A DNA stretch of 64,000 nt from a phage. The translations under genes were made by a program, and so were the position numbers. Under the pieces are notes generated by a model. It worked only from the letters and a program-made list of their open reading frames with translations, did not search any database and was not told the DNA's origin. Each line of letters opens with the position of its first letter. Positions within the stretch are counted from its first letter, which is position 1. Of the stretch, positions 18,765 to 28,096 are shown one piece after another. The DNA is taken from sequence record PV730302.1. One strand, given 5' to 3'.

Positions 18765-18790
18765 GCAAAAAAGGAGCCTAAGCTCCTTTA
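18765..18790 (-). terminator. rho-independent terminator
   Basis: AAGGAGC-TTAG-GCTCCTT followed by T6 on the minus strand. Confidence 0.6.
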
Positions 18791-19009
18791 CCAACTAATA
18801 CACCGTACAGAGGTTCGTGATTAGACCTGAACTTGATAGGCTTATAGGTAATAGTACCTTCATTTTCTGCTTTAATACGAGCGGCTTCAAATTGAAGTAT
18901 CATCTCATTTTTGTCAGATTTAATCTTATCAAAATCCATCGAATTCGTCATTCATATAACCTCTTAAACTTTTTCGTATTCGTCATTCATTAGCCTGCAG
19001 TCCATGTTA

Positions 19010-19210
19010 TCATCTCTGCCACCACTTCTTAAGTTGATGAGAATCTACCCAAACCTTGGCTACGGGCTCAATCTGAAAAATACCATCAGAATATTGGCCC
19101 ATCATTTTGTATTCGGTTTCAGACTGCTTAATACAGATATTACCGTATGAGCGAAGTCTAAAGGCGGCTCCAATAAGAAGCCGTTTAAAGGGTTTATTTA
19201 CGAGAGCCAT
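19010..19210 (-). CDS. hypothetical protein (66 aa)
   Basis: ATG 19210 with GGGAAA-type SD. Confidence 0.35.
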   Translation of the reverse strand: MALVNKPFKRLLIGAAFRLRSYGNICIKQSETEYKMMGQYSDGIFQIEPVAKVWVDSHQLKKWWQR

Positions 19211-19505
19211 TGACGATTTCCCAAATTTGTTTGCGGGTAGATTCCCACATCAATTGAACAAGTTCATCAGTAACAGGTTGACGGTAAATACCGCGTAATT
19301 TAATTAAAGCGTACTTATATGCTTCAAAGTTGTTTTCAAGTACAGCGCCTTGGGCATGGAGATTTAAACGACGGATTTCACGAGCATTCTTCTTAAGAAT
19401 CTTAGCCGCTTGAGAATTAGCTTCTTTAATATTGTGCTCTTCTAAACGTTGCTGGGCTTCTTCAATTTGCTCATCGGTCAATTGAGAAATGTCATGGCTT
19501 TGCAT
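19194..19505 (-). CDS. hypothetical protein (103 aa)
   Basis: ORF immediately downstream of the gene 55 region. Confidence 0.5.
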   Translation of the reverse strand: MQSHDISQLTDEQIEEAQQRLEEHNIKEANSQAAKILKKNAREIRRLNLHAQGAVLENNFEAYKYALIKLRGIYRQPVTDELVQLMWESTRKQIWEIVNGSRK

Positions 19506-19506
19506 A

Positions 19507-19737
19507 TTAATCCTTTGGAGTCAATTCAATAGTGAAGTAGAAATTAGCGTTCTCAACATGATAACGATAATCTACGTTATTATCAGGAGAAGTGAATTCA
19601 ATATTCCTGACGTTAAGTGGGTCAATATCAATAGGAAGGCCTTTAACATCCCGTAATATCAATTTAATAAAATAAGGGAGTGCTTCGAAGTCTTCCATTC
19701 CATCTAAAAGTGGAGTGATATTAATCTGATGTTCCAT
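19507..19737 (-). CDS. hypothetical protein (start uncertain)
   Basis: ORF overlapping the gene 55 3' end; first ATG at 19737, track start is GTG; weak SD. Confidence 0.3.
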   Translation of the reverse strand: MEHQINITPLLDGMEDFEALPYFIKLILRDVKGLPIDIDPLNVRNIEFTSPDNNVDYRYHVENANFYFTIELTPKD

Positions 19738-20278
19738 ATAAAAAATCCAATTCACCAACTTTAGGTTCGGCACTCTTATCAGACCCTGGTGCTTTAGTTA
19801 AAGAGGTTTCATACTGAGTCATTTTGTCGTAGATATCTTGGATAAAGGTTTCATCTGCAATACCTACCATATCGTCATCATTACTGTCATAGACATTATG
19901 GACGAAGTAGCTATATTTCTTTGCCATTTCTTTACGTTCTTTTTTGATACGCTGAACGAAGGCATTAAAACAAGCCATAGTGATATATGCATGTGGGTTG
20001 TCGTATTTTGTTTCGTCGAAATTGTGAAGACCTTTAATCGAAGCTTCGATTCCATCAGCAATCATTTCTTGCTTCCAGGATTGGGTATACCCTGAGAAGT
20101 TGAAACGTTTACTTAGTCCTTCAGCAATGAGCATAATAGCCAAGCCAATAACGTCGTTCTGGCGAACTATTTTATTAGGATCGGTATTTTCTCTGAGCTC
20201 TGTTTTCCATTGGGTAATAGCTTTCAGAAGCTCCTTATTATTTACATAGTTATTTTTAGTCAGTTTAATTTCGGTCAT
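19721..20278 (-). CDS. 55: late-transcription sigma factor gp55
   Basis: 185 aa, near-identical over long stretches to recalled T4 gp55 (NYVNNKELL..., [54 protein letters not shown]). Confidence 0.93.
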   Translation of the reverse strand: MTEIKLTKNNYVNNKELLKAITQWKTELRENTDPNKIVRQNDVIGLAIMLIAEGLSKRFNFSGYTQSWKQEMIADGIEASIKGLHNFDETKYDNPHAYITMACFNAFVQRIKKERKEMAKKYSYFVHNVYDSNDDDMVGIADETFIQDIYDKMTQYETSLTKAPGSDKSAEPKVGELDFLYGTSD

Positions 20279-20344
20279 TGTTACCTCAGATAACTCAAAT
20301 CATAGGTCTATTATATCATGGTATTTGAAGACCCGTTTAAAGCA

Positions 20345-20608
20345 TCAACGGAGTAAGCAATAAGCCTGAAATACTGTTTCAAGGATTTTTTTGAACTCTT
20401 CAAAGGAAGGAGCTCCTTCAAACCCTTGGCTTTGAATGTAAAGACAGAATTGTTGGTAAAGGACCAAATATTCTGATTGGTTATATTTGGAAATATGAGA
20501 CTTCCATACTTCAGAAGTCTCTCCACAAATAAACTCAACATTCATATAACTATCTATTAAGAAAATTCCCAGTCCTTCGTACGCGAGGGTAGTGGATACA
20601 GGGGTCAT
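20345..20608 (-). CDS. hypothetical protein (87 aa)
   Basis: ORF in early-gene block. Confidence 0.45.
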   Translation of the reverse strand: MTPVSTTLAYEGLGIFLIDSYMNVEFICGETSEVWKSHISKYNQSEYLVLYQQFCLYIQSQGFEGAPSFEEFKKILETVFQAYCLLR

Positions 20609-20871
20609 TGTAGGAATCGAGCTCCTTCTAGTGCGTCATCAAGATTATCAAACTCATCGATATAATCAACACCGCCAACTTCGTCCTTCGCATAAAGCCA
20701 ATACTGTTTAAATTCGTATTCGATGATAAAGTGGTCGCCTTCAATTTGAAGAGTCCCATCACCGTTAAATTGAACTGCATAACCTGTAAAGCGGACATCA
20801 TTCAAGAGTTCTTCTTTCATAGCAATCATTTCCAAGTTTTTATCATAATTAGAGAGTTTTATTTTAATCAT
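20605..20871 (-). CDS. hypothetical protein (88 aa)
   Basis: ORF with overlapping stop/start. Confidence 0.45.
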   Translation of the reverse strand: MIKIKLSNYDKNLEMIAMKEELLNDVRFTGYAVQFNGDGTLQIEGDHFIIEYEFKQYWLYAKDEVGGVDYIDEFDNLDDALEGARFLQ

Positions 20872-21197
20872 TTCGCTGCCTTAACAATTTTCAGGTCAAC
20901 GAATTTTTTCTTACGTTGGTTTTTCATGCGGCGGATAGTTTTATCCGTAATTTCACCTGGGCACCAAGCTTTGGATTCAACACCAAAGGCAGCGACATCG
21001 AATTCATCAAGGATATATTGAACCAGGATTTCACGAATACCGTTCTTACCAATTTTCTGGTCTTTAGAGTGCATGATTGGCAGCAGTTCAGCAACCCATT
21101 GGTCAAGAATTTCAGGAGTCACAAAACCGGTATTCATCAGTTCGTTTACTTTATCGAAAGCGAAAGAGTTCAGTACGTTTTTAATAGCTTGTGACAT
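20868..21197 (-). CDS. hypothetical protein (109 aa)
   Basis: Start at ATG 21197 with GAGGAAA SD directly downstream of a promoter; track N-terminal extension rejected. Confidence 0.5.
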   Translation of the reverse strand: MSQAIKNVLNSFAFDKVNELMNTGFVTPEILDQWVAELLPIMHSKDQKIGKNGIREILVQYILDEFDVAAFGVESKAWCPGEITDKTIRRMKNQRKKKFVDLKIVKAAK

Positions 21198-21266
21198 AAT
21201 AATTTCCTCAGTTTTAAAGTTATAATCCGTGGGACCATTATACTCTGGTCCCAAGAGTTTGTAAAC
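21198..21266 (-). promoter_or_regulatory. early promoter, sigma70-like (TTTACA-17-TATAAT)
   Basis: Minus-strand GTTTACAAACTCTTGGGACCAGAGTATAATGG. Confidence 0.6.
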
Positions 21267-21466
21267 TATTTTTGACTCATTGCACCTTTCCAGCCTTCGT
21301 ACATAGATGCAGCTGAAATTAATAAAGCGCCTGAACAACTTGAATATTTGTGATTCCAAAACCAGTTCAGAAAAACTTCGTCATCAATACCTTGGGCTAT
21401 CATATTTTCAAAGAACTGACGACGAGCTTCAGCAATTCGCTGTGATAATTTAGATTCAGGATTCAT
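21266..21466 (-). CDS. hypothetical protein (66 aa)
   Basis: ORF ending at the promoter. Confidence 0.4.
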   Translation of the reverse strand: MNPESKLSQRIAEARRQFFENMIAQGIDDEVFLNWFWNHKYSSCSGALLISAASMYEGWKGAMSQK

Positions 21467-21598
21467 TTAAATTTTCCAGTTTCCGTGTTTATCAATGAAT
21501 TTAATCCAGTCATTTACTGACCACGTGGTTGTATCGCCCTTTGGACTAACATTTAAAGTGTATAGTCCTTGCTTAAAAAGCATTCGTTTGATATTCAT
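21467..21598 (-). CDS. hypothetical small protein (43 aa)
   Basis: ATG 21598 with GAGGAAAA SD overlapping the upstream stop. Confidence 0.35.
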   Translation of the reverse strand: MNIKRMLFKQGLYTLNVSPKGDTTTWSVNDWIKFIDKHGNWKI

Positions 21599-21605
21599 AT
21601 TTTCC

Positions 21606-21899
21606 TCAGCTATAACGATAACATTCGTTTGATTTACGTTTTGCAACTTGATGAGAAGTATTGTAATCAGGTTCATCGTCGTTGTAAACATCTTTTTTCA
21701 GCTTTCTCACTTCTTTACGAAGCTGGCGGTTCATTTCATTCTTAACTTCAGAATCAACGCCTCTCATACGTTTCCACTTGTCAGAACGGAAGATATTTTC
21801 TTCAACCAAATCCTGACTTACGCCTTCCGGTGCTTTACGACGTCCGGAATAATAAAAATCTTTTACAGACAATTCTTTACGACGAATAGTTTTACCCAT
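21606..21899 (-). CDS. hypothetical basic protein (97 aa)
   Basis: Lys/Arg-rich ORF. Confidence 0.45.
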   Translation of the reverse strand: MGKTIRRKELSVKDFYYSGRRKAPEGVSQDLVEENIFRSDKWKRMRGVDSEVKNEMNRQLRKEVRKLKKDVYNDDEPDYNTSHQVAKRKSNECYRYS

Positions 21900-21901
21900 A
21901 G

Positions 21902-22156
21902 TTACCTCAGCAGTTTGTATCCAATAAGATTTTTAATGTACTGGATATCTTTGATATCCAAATCCAACTTAATATCTTTCAGACGGTCGCACAGGGTCAA
22001 AAAAGTTACATGTTTCCAATTCTTCACTGGGCAACAATAAGTCTTAGGACCATTTGCAATTTCAATATTCTTATCAGTGACGGTGAGAAAAATCAGGCGC
22101 TCATCATCAAGATTAAGGGTGACGACATTTTTCATTGAATGTAATTTCAGACTCAT
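21902..22156 (-). CDS. hypothetical protein (84 aa)
   Basis: ORF. Confidence 0.45.
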   Translation of the reverse strand: MSLKLHSMKNVVTLNLDDERLIFLTVTDKNIEIANGPKTYCCPVKNWKHVTFLTLCDRLKDIKLDLDIKDIQYIKNLIGYKLLR

Positions 22157-22335
22157 GATTTAATTTCCTTTGCTACTGAACAAAATAAAGAACGGTCGCA
22201 CACCATCAATGGGGCATCAGGGTGAGTCAAAGGTTGATACCATACATCGAGATTTGTTACCTTTGTTACTTGAACAGGGTAGCCATTTACTGAATAATAC
22301 TGGTCGACTTTAATTTCTTTATCTTGGATAGTCAT
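22153..22335 (-). CDS. hypothetical protein (60 aa)
   Basis: ORF directly downstream of an early promoter; SD GAGGAG. Confidence 0.45.
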   Translation of the reverse strand: MTIQDKEIKVDQYYSVNGYPVQVTKVTNLDVWYQPLTHPDAPLMVCDRSLFCSVAKEIKS

Positions 22336-22393
22336 AATGTTCTCCTCATGTGTTGATAGGATAGACTATAACACGTGAGGAGAGGAAGTAAAC
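22336..22393 (-). promoter_or_regulatory. early promoter with SD-complementary spacer arm
   Basis: GTTTAC-TTCCTCTCCTCACGTGT-TATAGT; spacer CTCCTCACGTGT is complementary to leader ACACATGAGGAG. Confidence 0.55.
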
Positions 22394-22394
22394 A

Positions 22395-22712
22395 CTAATC
22401 TTCAATTAAATCTCGGTCATAACCAAGTTCAATCAAAAGCGATTTGAAGGCAGGAATATTTTCTATTTTCTTATTATCGACAAATATGACAGGATAGCGT
22501 ATCGCTAAGCTCTTGAAGCCTGCACGTTTGGCCAATGATACTATAAGAGGCTTGTCATATACTGCGCCTGTCGGCGTCTGATTAATCACAGGATAGAAAG
22601 TATGTGGGATAGAAAGGGAATTTAGGAGCGATAGAACAGCAATGCACCCTGGACAGCGCATGACTGTCTCAGGGATGCCGTAGATTTCGATTTTAGTTAA
22701 CTTTTGGTCCAC
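22395..22712 (-). CDS. glutaredoxin-like protein (NrdH/Grx fold)
   Basis: CPGC active-site motif, cis-Pro YPVIF motif, C-terminal GY; 105 aa. Confidence 0.6.
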   Translation of the reverse strand: MDQKLTKIEIYGIPETVMRCPGCIAVLSLLNSLSIPHTFYPVINQTPTGAVYDKPLIVSLAKRAGFKSLAIRYPVIFVDNKKIENIPAFKSLLIELGYDRDLIED

Positions 22713-22989
22713 AGGAAATAACTCCTTGGTAGTCCCAGGTTTTTAGAACTTCGTCCTCATTAGTTCCATACGGGACGTAAATCTGTACAAGGAAACCTGT
22801 GTCATCAAAAGAGAAATACACGGTAGGTTTAATACCATGAACCTCTGATAGAGCATAGATGTCTTTAAGGTCTTCTTCCTTACCTTTAAAGAATTCCGGG
22901 TTCAGGTCGCAGTCATGGAAGTACCAATCATCACCGAACTTGTCCCAAGCGGTCCAATTCAAAGCTACATACTCTTCAAAACGTTTCAT
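22693..22989 (-). CDS. hypothetical protein (98 aa)
   Basis: ORF. Confidence 0.45.
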   Translation of the reverse strand: MKRFEEYVALNWTAWDKFGDDWYFHDCDLNPEFFKGKEEDLKDIYALSEVHGIKPTVYFSFDDTGFLVQIYVPYGTNEDEVLKTWDYQGVISCGPKVN

Positions 22990-23201
22990 TCTTTCACCTT
23001 CATCATTTTAGAAATAACACTATGAACAGACTGGATTCGTTTTTCGAACTCAGACGCTTCAAGACCTTTTTCAGTACTCAGGGCGCCAATAATCACAAAC
23101 AGCAATCCAAACGGGATGACCAGGATTAAAAGGCACATGATAAACAGGGCAAATGTAATATTGGCCAGGATATCAGAAACAGCATTACGAAATTTGTTCA
23201 T
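22986..23201 (-). CDS. small membrane protein (71 aa)
   Basis: Start at ATG 23201 (MNKFRN); one long hydrophobic helix. Confidence 0.45.
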   Translation of the reverse strand: MNKFRNAVSDILANITFALFIMCLLILVIPFGLLFVIIGALSTEKGLEASEFEKRIQSVHSVISKMMKVKE

Positions 23202-23326
23202 TAAAGAACCCACATGTTAGTTACAACAAATAACCATTGAGCAGGATACTCAACACCCATAATACGAACCGCATCGTTCAGAGATTCGGCTAAAGCATAA
23301 AATGTGTAGCCATAAAAATTAATCAT
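23201..23326 (-). CDS. small peptide (41 aa), putative
   Basis: ATG overlaps the gene 49 stop (ATGA) and its stop overlaps the next ATG (TAATG). Confidence 0.3.
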   Translation of the reverse strand: MINFYGYTFYALAESLNDAVRIMGVEYPAQWLFVVTNMWVL

Positions 23327-23796
23327 TTAAGCGATTTCCTCAGTTGTTTTTTGAATGAATCCACCATTTGTTTCTTAGTGGCAGATTCATTATAAGTCAT
23401 TCCGTGTGAAAGCATTTCAGCAATCATTTCTTCCTTACCCAACCTGCTGAACTCTTTGGTTTTATCAGGAACGAAATTAGGATGAATATTGTTTTCAGTA
23501 TAATCAGCTTTCAGATAGACCAGCAAATTCTCTAACCATTCGAGGTAGTCAACGTTTTGACCTTTAAGACCAGAACGGTTGAACTTATGCTTCATTTGTC
23601 CTTCTGCAGCATTGCACAGGTTACATAGTAAACCACGAACCTTACCGGCTTTTGGCCCGTTTAACTCGTGGTCGTGGTCAAGGTGGTTACTTTGAACATC
23701 AGGGTTTAATTCACGTTTACAAATCAAACACTTACCACATTGTGCATCATAAAGTTTTTGTTTTTCTTCTTTGTATAATTTGCCGGTCAACAACAT
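23323..23796 (-). CDS. 49: endonuclease VII (Holliday-junction resolvase) gp49
   Basis: 157 aa, about 85-90 percent identical to recalled T4 gp49 including the zinc-binding CxxC motifs and HLDHDHELNGPKAGKVRGLLCNLCN. Confidence 0.95.
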   Translation of the reverse strand: MLLTGKLYKEEKQKLYDAQCGKCLICKRELNPDVQSNHLDHDHELNGPKAGKVRGLLCNLCNAAEGQMKHKFNRSGLKGQNVDYLEWLENLLVYLKADYTENNIHPNFVPDKTKEFSRLGKEEMIAEMLSHGMTYNESATKKQMVDSFKKQLRKSLK

Positions 23797-23801
23797 AATA
23801 A

Positions 23802-23833
23802 ACCCTTACCATTATTAGATAAGGGTATTTATT
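23802..23833 (-). promoter_or_regulatory. gene 49 translational-control hairpin (SD sequestered) with late-promoter-like AATAAATA
   Basis: Minus-strand ACCCTTA-TCTAATAATGG-TAAGGGT, perfect 7-bp stem, 3' arm containing the SD AAGGG 5 nt from the ATG; AATAAATA (7/8 of TATAAATA) just upstream. Confidence 0.5.
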
Positions 23834-23925
23834 AATATCCTAATAGTTTAGCAGTGCAACTTAGCACTAACAACAATCCGAATAAAACAACTCCTACCCA
23901 AAATACCGTAATAAGAGCCTCCATA

Positions 23926-24102
23926 TCAGACCCCATAGAATGAACGATGCAAACGTTTAAATTGACGAATCATCTTTTTAGTAGGACGGGTGTATAATCC
24001 TACACAAGTGGCCATAAACTGGTCAGTTGGACTTCCTTTGATAAGAAGTTTCCAGACCTTACCGCCATTTAATTTTTCGGTATAGACTAATACAGTTTTC
24101 AT
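23926..24102 (-). CDS. small hypothetical protein (58 aa)
   Basis: ATG 24102 overlaps the upstream stop (ATGA). Confidence 0.35.
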   Translation of the reverse strand: MKTVLVYTEKLNGGKVWKLLIKGSPTDQFMATCVGLYTRPTKKMIRQFKRLHRSFYGV

Positions 24103-24401
24103 GCGACCTCAAATTCATTATCATCGTTGGTCCAAAAACACCAGAATGAAGCTTTAGTATCTTCAAACATTTCTTTAGTGTATTCGTATACCTTACCATT
24201 GAATTCGATAGCAGTTACGCCGATGATTTCAGGGTCGCCCCATGGAGACATTTCCACCTTAAGGATTTTAACTTCAGCGCCTTCACAGAGCTCACCTGAC
24301 TCAAAACCACGATTACCATTTAATTCAGGCCAGTCAACATAATGGTCGACATCTTCTTCAGTAATACGAACAGTTTTACCTTCAAATTCAAATAAATTCA
24401 T
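24099..24401 (-). CDS. hypothetical acidic protein (100 aa)
   Basis: ORF. Confidence 0.5.
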   Translation of the reverse strand: MNLFEFEGKTVRITEEDVDHYVDWPELNGNRGFESGELCEGAEVKILKVEMSPWGDPEIIGVTAIEFNGKVYEYTKEMFEDTKASFWCFWTNDDNEFEVA

Positions 24402-24574
24402 CAGAACGCCTTATCAGCAAAGCGAAGTTGAGCTTCAAGCCAATGAATATAATCGGCTGCAGATTTAATCAAATCGGATTCTAGGTCAGGTAAAGAACCC
24501 GAATCCGACAATTCATAAAGTGAATGTTCAATCAGACGGCCTTTATGACGGCCAACTTCAATTTTGGTACTCAT
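24401..24574 (-). CDS. small hypothetical protein (57 aa)
   Basis: ATG 24574 with GGAG SD 9 nt upstream; stop overlaps the next ATG; below track size cutoff. Confidence 0.4.
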   Translation of the reverse strand: MSTKIEVGRHKGRLIEHSLYELSDSGSLPDLESDLIKSAADYIHWLEAQLRFADKAF

Positions 24575-24690
24575 ATCCAAACTCCATATCGATTAATTCA
24601 TTGTTTGAAGGTTCATTATACTCTATTTCGGAATCGTTGTAAACCGGTTCCTCTGGCTCGGTAGTTTCCCACCGAGCGACATACCATGGC

Positions 24691-24999
24691 TTAACGGTCA
24701 CACCACCAACTACTTACTTCAAAATCAGGTTCACCGTGTTCCCAGTACCAAGGGCCGACTGGATGCCAATCGCCATGTTCATCTTCTTCAAATTCTTCAG
24801 ATTCAAGCCCAACGTATTGCCATTGAACTTCATAAGCGGTGCCACCGATTACAACGGTGTTCTCGCCATACGGATGAGCTACAACAAAGTCAATACCTTC
24901 TGCTTTGGCTAACCAAACCATATATTCGTATAGTTTATATTCCAGGTCATCTTCGGTGCCATCACCTAGAAAAATGGTTTGTTCGTTTAATTCAATCAT
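24691..24999 (-). CDS. hypothetical acidic Trp-rich protein (102 aa)
   Basis: ORF. Confidence 0.45.
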   Translation of the reverse strand: MIELNEQTIFLGDGTEDDLEYKLYEYMVWLAKAEGIDFVVAHPYGENTVVIGGTAYEVQWQYVGLESEEFEEDEHGDWHPVGPWYWEHGEPDFEVSSWWCDR

Positions 25000-25184
25000 A
25001 ACTCCACCATAAATTCAAATAGCTGGTCACGTACACAGGTATCAGTCCAACCCCATTCGTTGGCTTCTTCTTTTAACCAATCCGGGAGATTTGCCAATAC
25101 GGTTTCTTTACTAGGCGCAGGAGTATTAAACTCACTTGCAAACTCTCTTGCGCAGGTTTCATAAGCTGTATCAAATTCGGTCAT
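24996..25184 (-). CDS. hypothetical protein (62 aa)
   Basis: ORF. Confidence 0.4.
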   Translation of the reverse strand: MTEFDTAYETCAREFASEFNTPAPSKETVLANLPDWLKEEANEWGWTDTCVRDQLFEFMVEL

Positions 25185-25338
25185 TTAAAGTTCCAGAATG
25201 AAGCACCAACCAGAAATAAAGGCCAACAAATCATAGACGTCAGCCACCAACAAAAATCACCGGAATCATCTAATTTAGCTAGGGTCTTAGCATAACCAAT
25301 ACCGATGATAAGATACAAAACAACCAACATTAATTCAA

Positions 25339-25602
25339 TCATTTGAAATACGCTCGCAGTTGGTCAAAGCCACCAATAGAAGTTCCGTCCGGAGCAAATA
25401 CCTGAGGCATAGTCAAACCTACCTGAGATTCACGTCCAAGAGCAGCCAGGAGTTCAGCAATCTTCTCATCATCAAACACACCTTTTTCCGGCATAACGTT
25501 AATGAATTCGTAAGGTTGTTTCTTAACGTCAAGCAGTCGTTTGGCGTTATCACAGAAAACACAACGGTGAATATTTGAATCGTAACCATAAACTTTAAAC
25601 AT
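25339..25602 (-). CDS. nrdC: thioredoxin NrdC
   Basis: 87 aa; MFKVYGYDSNIHRCVFCDNAKRLL near-identical to recalled T4 NrdC. Confidence 0.92.
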   Translation of the reverse strand: MFKVYGYDSNIHRCVFCDNAKRLLDVKKQPYEFINVMPEKGVFDDEKIAELLAALGRESQVGLTMPQVFAPDGTSIGGFDQLRAYFK

Positions 25603-25603
25603 T

Positions 25604-25840
25604 TTAAATTCCTAATATTTGTTTGAATGCTTCAGAACGGTCAAGTTCTGTTCCATATTTTTCCATATGCTCATATTTTAAATCATACACATCAGATAGT
25701 ATATTATTATACGAGCGAGTTAAAGCAGATTTCAATACTGAATAACTGTCCGGGAATTTACCATGCTCTTTATAATAAGCTACGGTGAGTTCGCGGACTG
25801 CCTTATCGGCAGCCTCTACATATTCTTTACGCTTTGCCAT
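25604..25840 (-). CDS. hypothetical protein (78 aa)
   Basis: Start at ATG 25840 overlapping the upstream gene end; weak SD. Confidence 0.35.
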   Translation of the reverse strand: MAKRKEYVEAADKAVRELTVAYYKEHGKFPDSYSVLKSALTRSYNNILSDVYDLKYEHMEKYGTELDRSEAFKQILGI

Positions 25841-26138
25841 TTTCGTCTCGCTCAAATTTGTGTTTACAATGGCGGCATTTGTAACGAAGATTACTAGTCT
25901 GCCAATGGACCAATTGAACCTGTTCTGTACCACACTCAGGACAGTTTGGTACATTCTTAGAAGCTTGTTCTCGTCGTGCGACCATAGCCATTACAGCATC
26001 CCAATTAACGGCATCACTATATTCATCACAGCCATGAATTTTACCAACCAATTCAACTTCAACATCCTCGGCTTTAATAAATTTCAATAAACCGGTATTG
26101 GTTGTTGAAGCAATATCTTCAGCTAAACGTTGTTTCAT
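25827..26138 (-). CDS. zinc-ribbon protein (103 aa)
   Basis: CPECG...C..C four-cysteine motif. Confidence 0.5.
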   Translation of the reverse strand: MKQRLAEDIASTTNTGLLKFIKAEDVEVELVGKIHGCDEYSDAVNWDAVMAMVARREQASKNVPNCPECGTEQVQLVHWQTSNLRYKCRHCKHKFERDENGKA

Positions 26139-27145
26139 TTCAACAGCTCCAGAGCTTGTTCAAGACGGTCTAAACGATTGGTAGACTCTTCCCAAAGTTT
26201 CTTGGCAGCAGTATATTGCCCAGTCAGTTTTTTGTTAATAGCAAGGGCATCTTTATACGCTTTTTCTAAGGCAACGACTTCTGGTAACTTGGATTTAGTA
26301 ATTGGTGTAGGGGCCATGATAGGGTTGTTCAAGTCGTTAATCAAGTCTTCTAATGTAGCAGGCTCTTTATCAGTGTTCACAATTTCCTCACATTTTTCTT
26401 GGTAAATTTCAGCATCAGTTTTTGGAACAGGGCATTTGATTTCACGGACTGTTACTAAGACCTCGTATCCTTTCCAACCATAGAAATGTTTAACTTCTTG
26501 AGTCTCGTATTTCTCTACGGTATCCATCAGAGCTAAAGCTTGTTCGATAGTATTCAAGGTGTCGTAAGCAATATCTTGATACTTTACAACTTCCGCATCA
26601 TCTTTAGGTTTCCTATTAGGCGACCAAATAACAGAAATAATAGCTTTTCCTTTATAACTATTTGTTTTAATCATGCAATTAGCCATAGGGTGAATAGTAC
26701 GACAATCACCGGAAACTATAGTTTTAGAGGCCGCTTTGAGAATTAATGCAGAGTTAGCCTTGAATTCGCTAACCCAACGTTGCGGAAATAAACTACTAGG
26801 GTCCATACCTTTAATTTTGATATAACTTTTTATGGTATCACCAAACCATTTGTAGTTAACAACATGGCTGGAACCTGGATGTTTCTCTTTGCCAAACTCT
26901 GAAAGGATGTCCTTATTGACCAGTCGCGAAAGCAGTCGAGAACCTTTAAATGTTTTAATGATATCATGAATGCACAAACGGCCTGCAATCTTTTCGATTT
27001 CAGCTTTGAAACAGCGCGATAATGCATCATCAATTTGGTCGACCCATTTATTGATATTAGAAACTATTACCACATATGGGGTTAATGGAGGGGTGTTGGC
27101 AGTGATATACGTAGTAAAGGCATTAATGTATTCAGTACGAGTCAT
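26135..27145 (-). CDS. hypothetical protein (336 aa)
   Basis: ATG 27145 directly downstream of a TTTACA-18-TATAAT promoter. Confidence 0.6.
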   Translation of the reverse strand: MTRTEYINAFTTYITANTPPLTPYVVIVSNINKWVDQIDDALSRCFKAEIEKIAGRLCIHDIIKTFKGSRLLSRLVNKDILSEFGKEKHPGSSHVVNYKWFGDTIKSYIKIKGMDPSSLFPQRWVSEFKANSALILKAASKTIVSGDCRTIHPMANCMIKTNSYKGKAIISVIWSPNRKPKDDAEVVKYQDIAYDTLNTIEQALALMDTVEKYETQEVKHFYGWKGYEVLVTVREIKCPVPKTDAEIYQEKCEEIVNTDKEPATLEDLINDLNNPIMAPTPITKSKLPEVVALEKAYKDALAINKKLTGQYTAAKKLWEESTNRLDRLEQALELLK

Positions 27146-27201
27146 GATATTCTCCTCAAGTTGATAGAAAGATTATACTCCATCCATCCTTGGATGTAAA
27201 C
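27146..27201 (-). promoter_or_regulatory. early promoter (GTTTAC-18-TATAAT)
   Basis: Minus-strand GTTTACATCCAAGGATGGATGGAGTATAAT. Confidence 0.6.
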
Positions 27202-27202
27202 A

Positions 27203-28096
27203 TTATTTTAGAGCTAATACTGCCGCGCGGAGCTTGTCACGCTGGAGTTCCATGTTCTTGATGCGGATCAATACGTCTTGAATACTCTTTTTCTCATCTT
27301 CGATCTGACCATTTAAACGGTGGATTGATTCCTGGAGGTGGTCCTCATGATACTTCTCGATAGGTTTCATCGTAGGGTTAGTAACCACCAAAGAATTCTC
27401 GGGTTTAATTTTCCAATGATACGGTTCAGAATTGAATGGACTAGGCACGGCTGTGGTTTTGAATTTGTCATAGGCTGCATACTGGCCTACACTGTCACAT
27501 GATACTGAAGAGATACGACGTTCCATTTGTGGTTCCTTTTGTTGGGGTTGATAAGGGGCATAAGACAAAAGATATTCGCGAGTTAGTTTAATATTAAAAT
27601 AAACTGCATCAGCCCGCTCAAAACAATCAGCGTATTCATCGGTCGTAACCTTATATGATTCTACAGCCTTAATACGAGTCATTGCTTCTCTGAATAAGGT
27701 TTCAAATGCACCACGAAGGGCCTTATTGCCTTTTGAGGTGGGACGGAAACGAACTTGAATACCGTCAGGCAGAATATTAATGACTAGGTTACGAGCCGTA
27801 AAATTAATATTCTTGATATTGACAGGAACCGTAGAAATACGTCCTGCGGTAGCCAAGAGGTCTTTGATATTAGCTCGCAGTGTTGCACCAAATAAATGAG
27901 CAGGGCAACGGCAATAATCGTTCAAAGAACTAATATAAGTCCCTTTACGACCTACACCATAAGTATAATTACCATTACAAATATGGCCGAAGTCGGCCAG
28001 CCGATCGATAGCGATACGACGAGTCGTGTCATGGTCATAGATGGAATATTCTTTACGCGTTTTAATGTTCATATCAGAGTCCAAATAATTTTTCAT
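27203..28096 (-). CDS. hypothetical protein (297 aa)
   Basis: ORF. Confidence 0.6.
   Translation of the reverse strand: MKNYLDSDMNIKTRKEYSIYDHDTTRRIAIDRLADFGHICNGNYTYGVGRKGTYISSLNDYCRCPAHLFGATLRANIKDLLATAGRISTVPVNIKNINFTARNLVINILPDGIQVRFRPTSKGNKALRGAFETLFREAMTRIKAVESYKVTTDEYADCFERADAVYFNIKLTREYLLSYAPYQPQQKEPQMERRISSVSCDSVGQYAAYDKFKTTAVPSPFNSEPYHWKIKPENSLVVTNPTMKPIEKYHEDHLQESIHRLNGQIEDEKKSIQDVLIRIKNMELQRDKLRAAVLALK

Noticed and set aside
20311-20541. Alternative-frame ORF overlapping 20345-20608
   Set aside because: Almost entirely contained in the other frame of a better-supported ORF on the same strand.
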